This document shows positions 60,991-64,000 of a DNA stretch of 64,000 bases, piece by piece. Positions within the stretch are counted from its first letter, which is position 1; each line of letters starts with the position of its first letter. The notes beneath the pieces were generated by a model, which was not told where the DNA came from, made no database searches, and saw only the letters and a program-made list of their open reading frames with translations. Made by a program: the position numbers and the translations under genes. The DNA comes from Diplonema japonicum (Eukaryota > Protista > Euglenozoa: Diplonemea). The stretch is from assembly GCA_964019335.1 (NCBI GenBank), contig OZ025680.1, positions 310,001-374,000 of the forward strand. The letters are read 5' to 3'.

Positions 60991-61800
60991 TTACGAAACC
61001 CTTCCGCCAGTAGGCTCACTCAGGGCCACCCTGCGGATCCTCCTTTTGGTGTGGCTTTGGTGATCGACGTTGGTTTGCTGCAGCGTCTTGAAGCAGACAT
61101 CATAAGACCAATCTCCAGATTTCACGGCTCTTACGACAATGTCACTGCCCTTACCGTCCTGTTCCCATTCATGGAAATGCTGCTCTACAACAGCAGACGC
61201 ATCTACTCTGTAGTCTCTCCATGTTTGATCGTTTTCTACATATTGCCATTTGTGCCCTGTGCCTCGTCTTCCTGCGGTAGGTGTAGCTTCTAGGACACGG
61301 CGCTGGGGCATAGGGGCAGCACATGCGGTGTCTTCTTGTGCAGTATCTTGTTTTACAGGTGGTGCAACCCCCGTTTTCTTCATCGACTTTTTCGCAGGTT
61401 TTACGGTTTTTTTTGGCCTTTCAACCGTCTTGACCTTCTTGATTTTTTTTCTTTCGTTTCTCATAGCAAACATTCTTACGTTGTGCACCGGCATACCACT
61501 TCTCATTATGTGAGGCTCTGACTGGTAGAAGTGCTCCGACAATTCAGGATCGCGCTCAATAAACTGTCTAAGATGCTTTGATGTGATAATCTCTCGCATC
61601 CCCAGGTGTGGCACTTCCAGCATCTCTTCTAAGAAACATTGTGCGGCTGCACAAATAATGACGGCTGCCTTCTTCGACACCCTGCTGCATCTGCCTATCT
61701 CCTTCATTCGCTTCGCTACCCTTGAAACAGGGAGCGTAAGACCGGCCTTCTTCTCGGTGGTCACGGAAGGACCTCTTCTACCTCTTGCCGTTTTTTTCAT
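60991..61800 (-). CDS. Divergent histone H2A fold fused through a basic linker to a WWE domain, 269 aa
   Basis: AGLTLPVSRV..RVSKKAAV..LEEMLE..I..KHL..IERDPEL aligns by eye with H2A. The C-terminal KWQYVENDQTWRDY..VEQHF..YDVCFKTLQQTN..TKRRIRR is WWE-like. Confidence 0.85.
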   Translation of the reverse strand: MKKTARGRRGPSVTTEKKAGLTLPVSRVAKRMKEIGRCSRVSKKAAVIICAAAQCFLEEMLEVPHLGMREIITSKHLRQFIERDPELSEHFYQSEPHIMRSGMPVHNVRMFAMRNERKKIKKVKTVERPKKTVKPAKKSMKKTGVAPPVKQDTAQEDTACAAPMPQRRVLEATPTAGRRGTGHKWQYVENDQTWRDYRVDASAVVEQHFHEWEQDGKGSDIVVRAVKSGDWSYDVCFKTLQQTNVDHQSHTKRRIRRVALSEPTGGRVS

Positions 61801-62276
61801 CTCTCAATAGTTTTATGTTCGTGTATTTTTTTTTCTCTCTTTTCTTTTTCTGTTTTAGATAGATGGGGCGAAAAAGTAGGTGGAAAAGGGGGGGGGAGGG
61901 AAACACTCTATTAAAAAAAACAAAAAAAATGCTCTCTCTTCTTGGTTCTTTTTCTTGGTTCGTTTTTTTTTTTTTTTTTCTTTCTTTCTTTCTTTTTTTC
62001 GATTCCTTTCTCCCTCCTTGTTCCTTCTCGAATTCAAAATAAAAAAAGGGAAAAAAAAGGGATCACCACCGGGCCATACATACCCCCCCCCCCCCCCCCA
62101 TGAGCACCAAAGGAGTGCATACGTATATGTTGGGACGGGACGGGGTTTTCGTGGAAAGGGGGTTCTGGGAAGGGATGTGGAAACAGAGTATAAGAAAAAA
62201 AAAAGGAACTTAATAACACACTTAGCCGAACGTATTCCCCCTCCCCCCTCTTCTCGCCTTTTTACCACTTCCCTCC

Positions 62277-64000
62277 TTAGTTCCAACTGAAATATTTCAT
62301 GCCTTTCCATTGCTGTTGGAGGCCAGTGCCGAGTGCGTGGAGATGCTGCAGGCCCTGGAGGGTCCCGAGAGGAGTAGATGCAGGAGCGTCAGAGTGGGTA
62401 GAAGTAGCCGGCGTGGGTGCGTAGTGGGCAAGGGTTTCCGCTGTCGGTGCAGTCTGGAGAGGGGCAAGGTGGAGGGTAGGAAATCTGTCACATTCTGCAA
62501 CAAAGGAATCGAAGTAAGTGTCCTTAGGAGGTCGGTTCTCTTGCAATGGCCGCAACCCATGGGTGGCAAAGAACAGCCGAGACCCATCAATGGCAGCAGC
62601 GAAGATCTGTTCGAAAAGTCTCTGTTCCGTTGACCAGTACACAGGGTCGATGCCCACATCCTTGTCCATCAGCACCCGCAGCACAGACTCATACTCCACT
62701 CCTTTGCACCCCTCGCACACCTCTGCGATGAACCTCACATCGAAGAGCATCTGCCACAGCCCGCCCTGGCACACTTCGCCTGTTTTAACTACCTTTTCGT
62801 ACTCCCCGAACACTCGACCCATCCTCCTGTGCAGCCCCACAACAACATCCTGTCGCAGTAGTGCGGGGGCCACCTTCGATATCTCGCGGCATGACGCCTC
62901 GAGCGCTGTCAGCACAGCAGGTGTCGTGTAGCCTGGAAGGTTCGAGATGATGGTGTCGCCGCCTGTTTGCGTTTCACGGTGTTCCCATGAGCAGTAGGTC
63001 ATCTTCTCAAAGACCTGTTTGTCAGGACCCCAGTAGCTCTCCAGTAAACCGCGTGTCACGTCCGACACGAAGGACCCTGCTACGCTTTCACTCCATTTCT
63101 CGAAGGTGTGCAGGTATGCTTCGTGCAGCCCTGTGTAGAAGGGTGTCATGAGCGATGGGATGAGCCACGACTCGGTCTCCTTCGATCTCGACAGAACCAG
63201 TGCCACCACCCTGCTGACACCTTGCACCACGGCCCCTGTTGTGGGCTGCGGGCGCTGCTGAGCAACGTCGGTGATGACAGAGGCCACATTCTGCAACGCC
63301 AACGACAAGGCTTTGATAACACTTTGCTCGCCTGACCGCCCGATGCTGCTCATTACAGTGCTCGCTACGTGCATTGTCCTTTCGAACATTTCGTGGCATC
63401 TGCAGACCACTTCCCGCACGCCAGCAGGCAGCTCCCTGTCCTCGCCGTCCAATCCATCATCTCTGTCGGTGCTCTTCCCGCAAGTGTACCTCAACGCCAG
63501 CTCTTGGTCGTTCACTTGTGTTGTGTCAAGCAGCTCTTCTTCAAGATCGCTCTCTACATAAGATTTCAGTTCTGCCGTCGTGTTCTGTTTCATGTGTTGT
63601 AATGTTGCAGGGCATACCGAAACAAAACTCGAAAGCTCGTTGTGCAGCAATGTTGTCAGACAGTCGCGGAACACGTCCTGAAGATATGAACGTTGCGAGA
63701 ATGTCAGCATGCATACCGTGATGTTGTCAGACCATGCAGAGGGCGGCTGTGCTTGCACCGGTTCGTGGTCCCATAAGCCGGTGACCCTGTCGAGCTGTGC
63801 CTTGATCTCCACAACCTCTGAGACATCCTGCACCTGTTCCAGAGAGGATCGCAGCACAGACAGCGCCACAGGGGCTGTCTTTGTTTGCCAGTTGGCAAGC
63901 ATTTCCTTGGCATCCGCGACAGGGGGGAGCTCTTGGGGGATGTAGTCCAACCCGTTAGAAGGAAAATAGTCAGTGGTCGAGATGTATTTTGAAAGGTCCT
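62277..64000 (-). CDS. COG1/Vps51-family tethering subunit-like protein, 3' part (5' end outside the window)
   Basis: Frame open to the window edge. WQMLFDVRFI..IDPVYW..RFPTL resembles the COG1 C-terminal region. Confidence 0.6.
   Translation of the reverse strand, partial: DLSKYISTTDYFPSNGLDYIPQELPPVADAKEMLANWQTKTAPVALSVLRSSLEQVQDVSEVVEIKAQLDRVTGLWDHEPVQAQPPSAWSDNITVCMLTFSQRSYLQDVFRDCLTTLLHNELSSFVSVCPATLQHMKQNTTAELKSYVESDLEEELLDTTQVNDQELALRYTCGKSTDRDDGLDGEDRELPAGVREVVCRCHEMFERTMHVASTVMSSIGRSGEQSVIKALSLALQNVASVITDVAQQRPQPTTGAVVQGVSRVVALVLSRSKETESWLIPSLMTPFYTGLHEAYLHTFEKWSESVAGSFVSDVTRGLLESYWGPDKQVFEKMTYCSWEHRETQTGGDTIISNLPGYTTPAVLTALEASCREISKVAPALLRQDVVVGLHRRMGRVFGEYEKVVKTGEVCQGGLWQMLFDVRFIAEVCEGCKGVEYESVLRVLMDKDVGIDPVYWSTEQRLFEQIFAAAIDGSRLFFATHGLRPLQENRPPKDTYFDSFVAECDRFPTLHLAPLQTAPTAETLAHYAPTPATSTHSDAPASTPLGTLQGLQHLHALGTGLQQQWKGMKYFSWN

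Noticed and set aside
1-64000. Non-canonical (non GT-AG) introns, alternative genetic code, spliced-leader RNA gene
   Set aside because: All inferred introns are GT-AG, long ORFs translate cleanly with the standard code, and I did not see an SL exon sequence by eye.

Overview
This is eukaryotic DNA, most consistent with a euglenozoan, probably a diplonemid. That assignment is an inference from about 23 protein-coding genes all on the minus strand (a polycistronic-type cluster), short GT-AG introns with mostly GTATG donors, and intergenic DNA full of A/T/G/C homopolymer runs. I reconstructed 23 introns by hand from reading-frame and motif continuity. Genes include a DCX-domain protein, a 7TM GPCR-like protein, four tandem Cys-rich/SEA-like type-I membrane proteins (one carrying a cytoplasmic IQ/PDZ-like/EF-hand module), PP2C, CWF19L2, a myristoylated FKBP, DGAT2, a Sec7/BIG Arf-GEF, a TRIP12-like WWE-HECT ligase, a membrane-anchored FG nucleoporin, an alkaline ceramidase, EF-hand and CCCH proteins, a histone H2A-WWE fusion and a COG1-like gene cut by the window edge. 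The most notable observations are four. (1) The H2A-linker-WWE fusion parallels macroH2A architecture. (2) Three sequence-unrelated elements, one with a Crypton-like tyrosine recombinase relic, share inverted repeats plus a terminal hairpin that pairs fully on only one strand (tandem G.A pairs, GNA triloops). (3) Many tiny introns have poly(A) rather than polypyrimidine acceptors. (4) The nucleoporin has POM121-like architecture. All domain calls come from motif recognition, not database searches.
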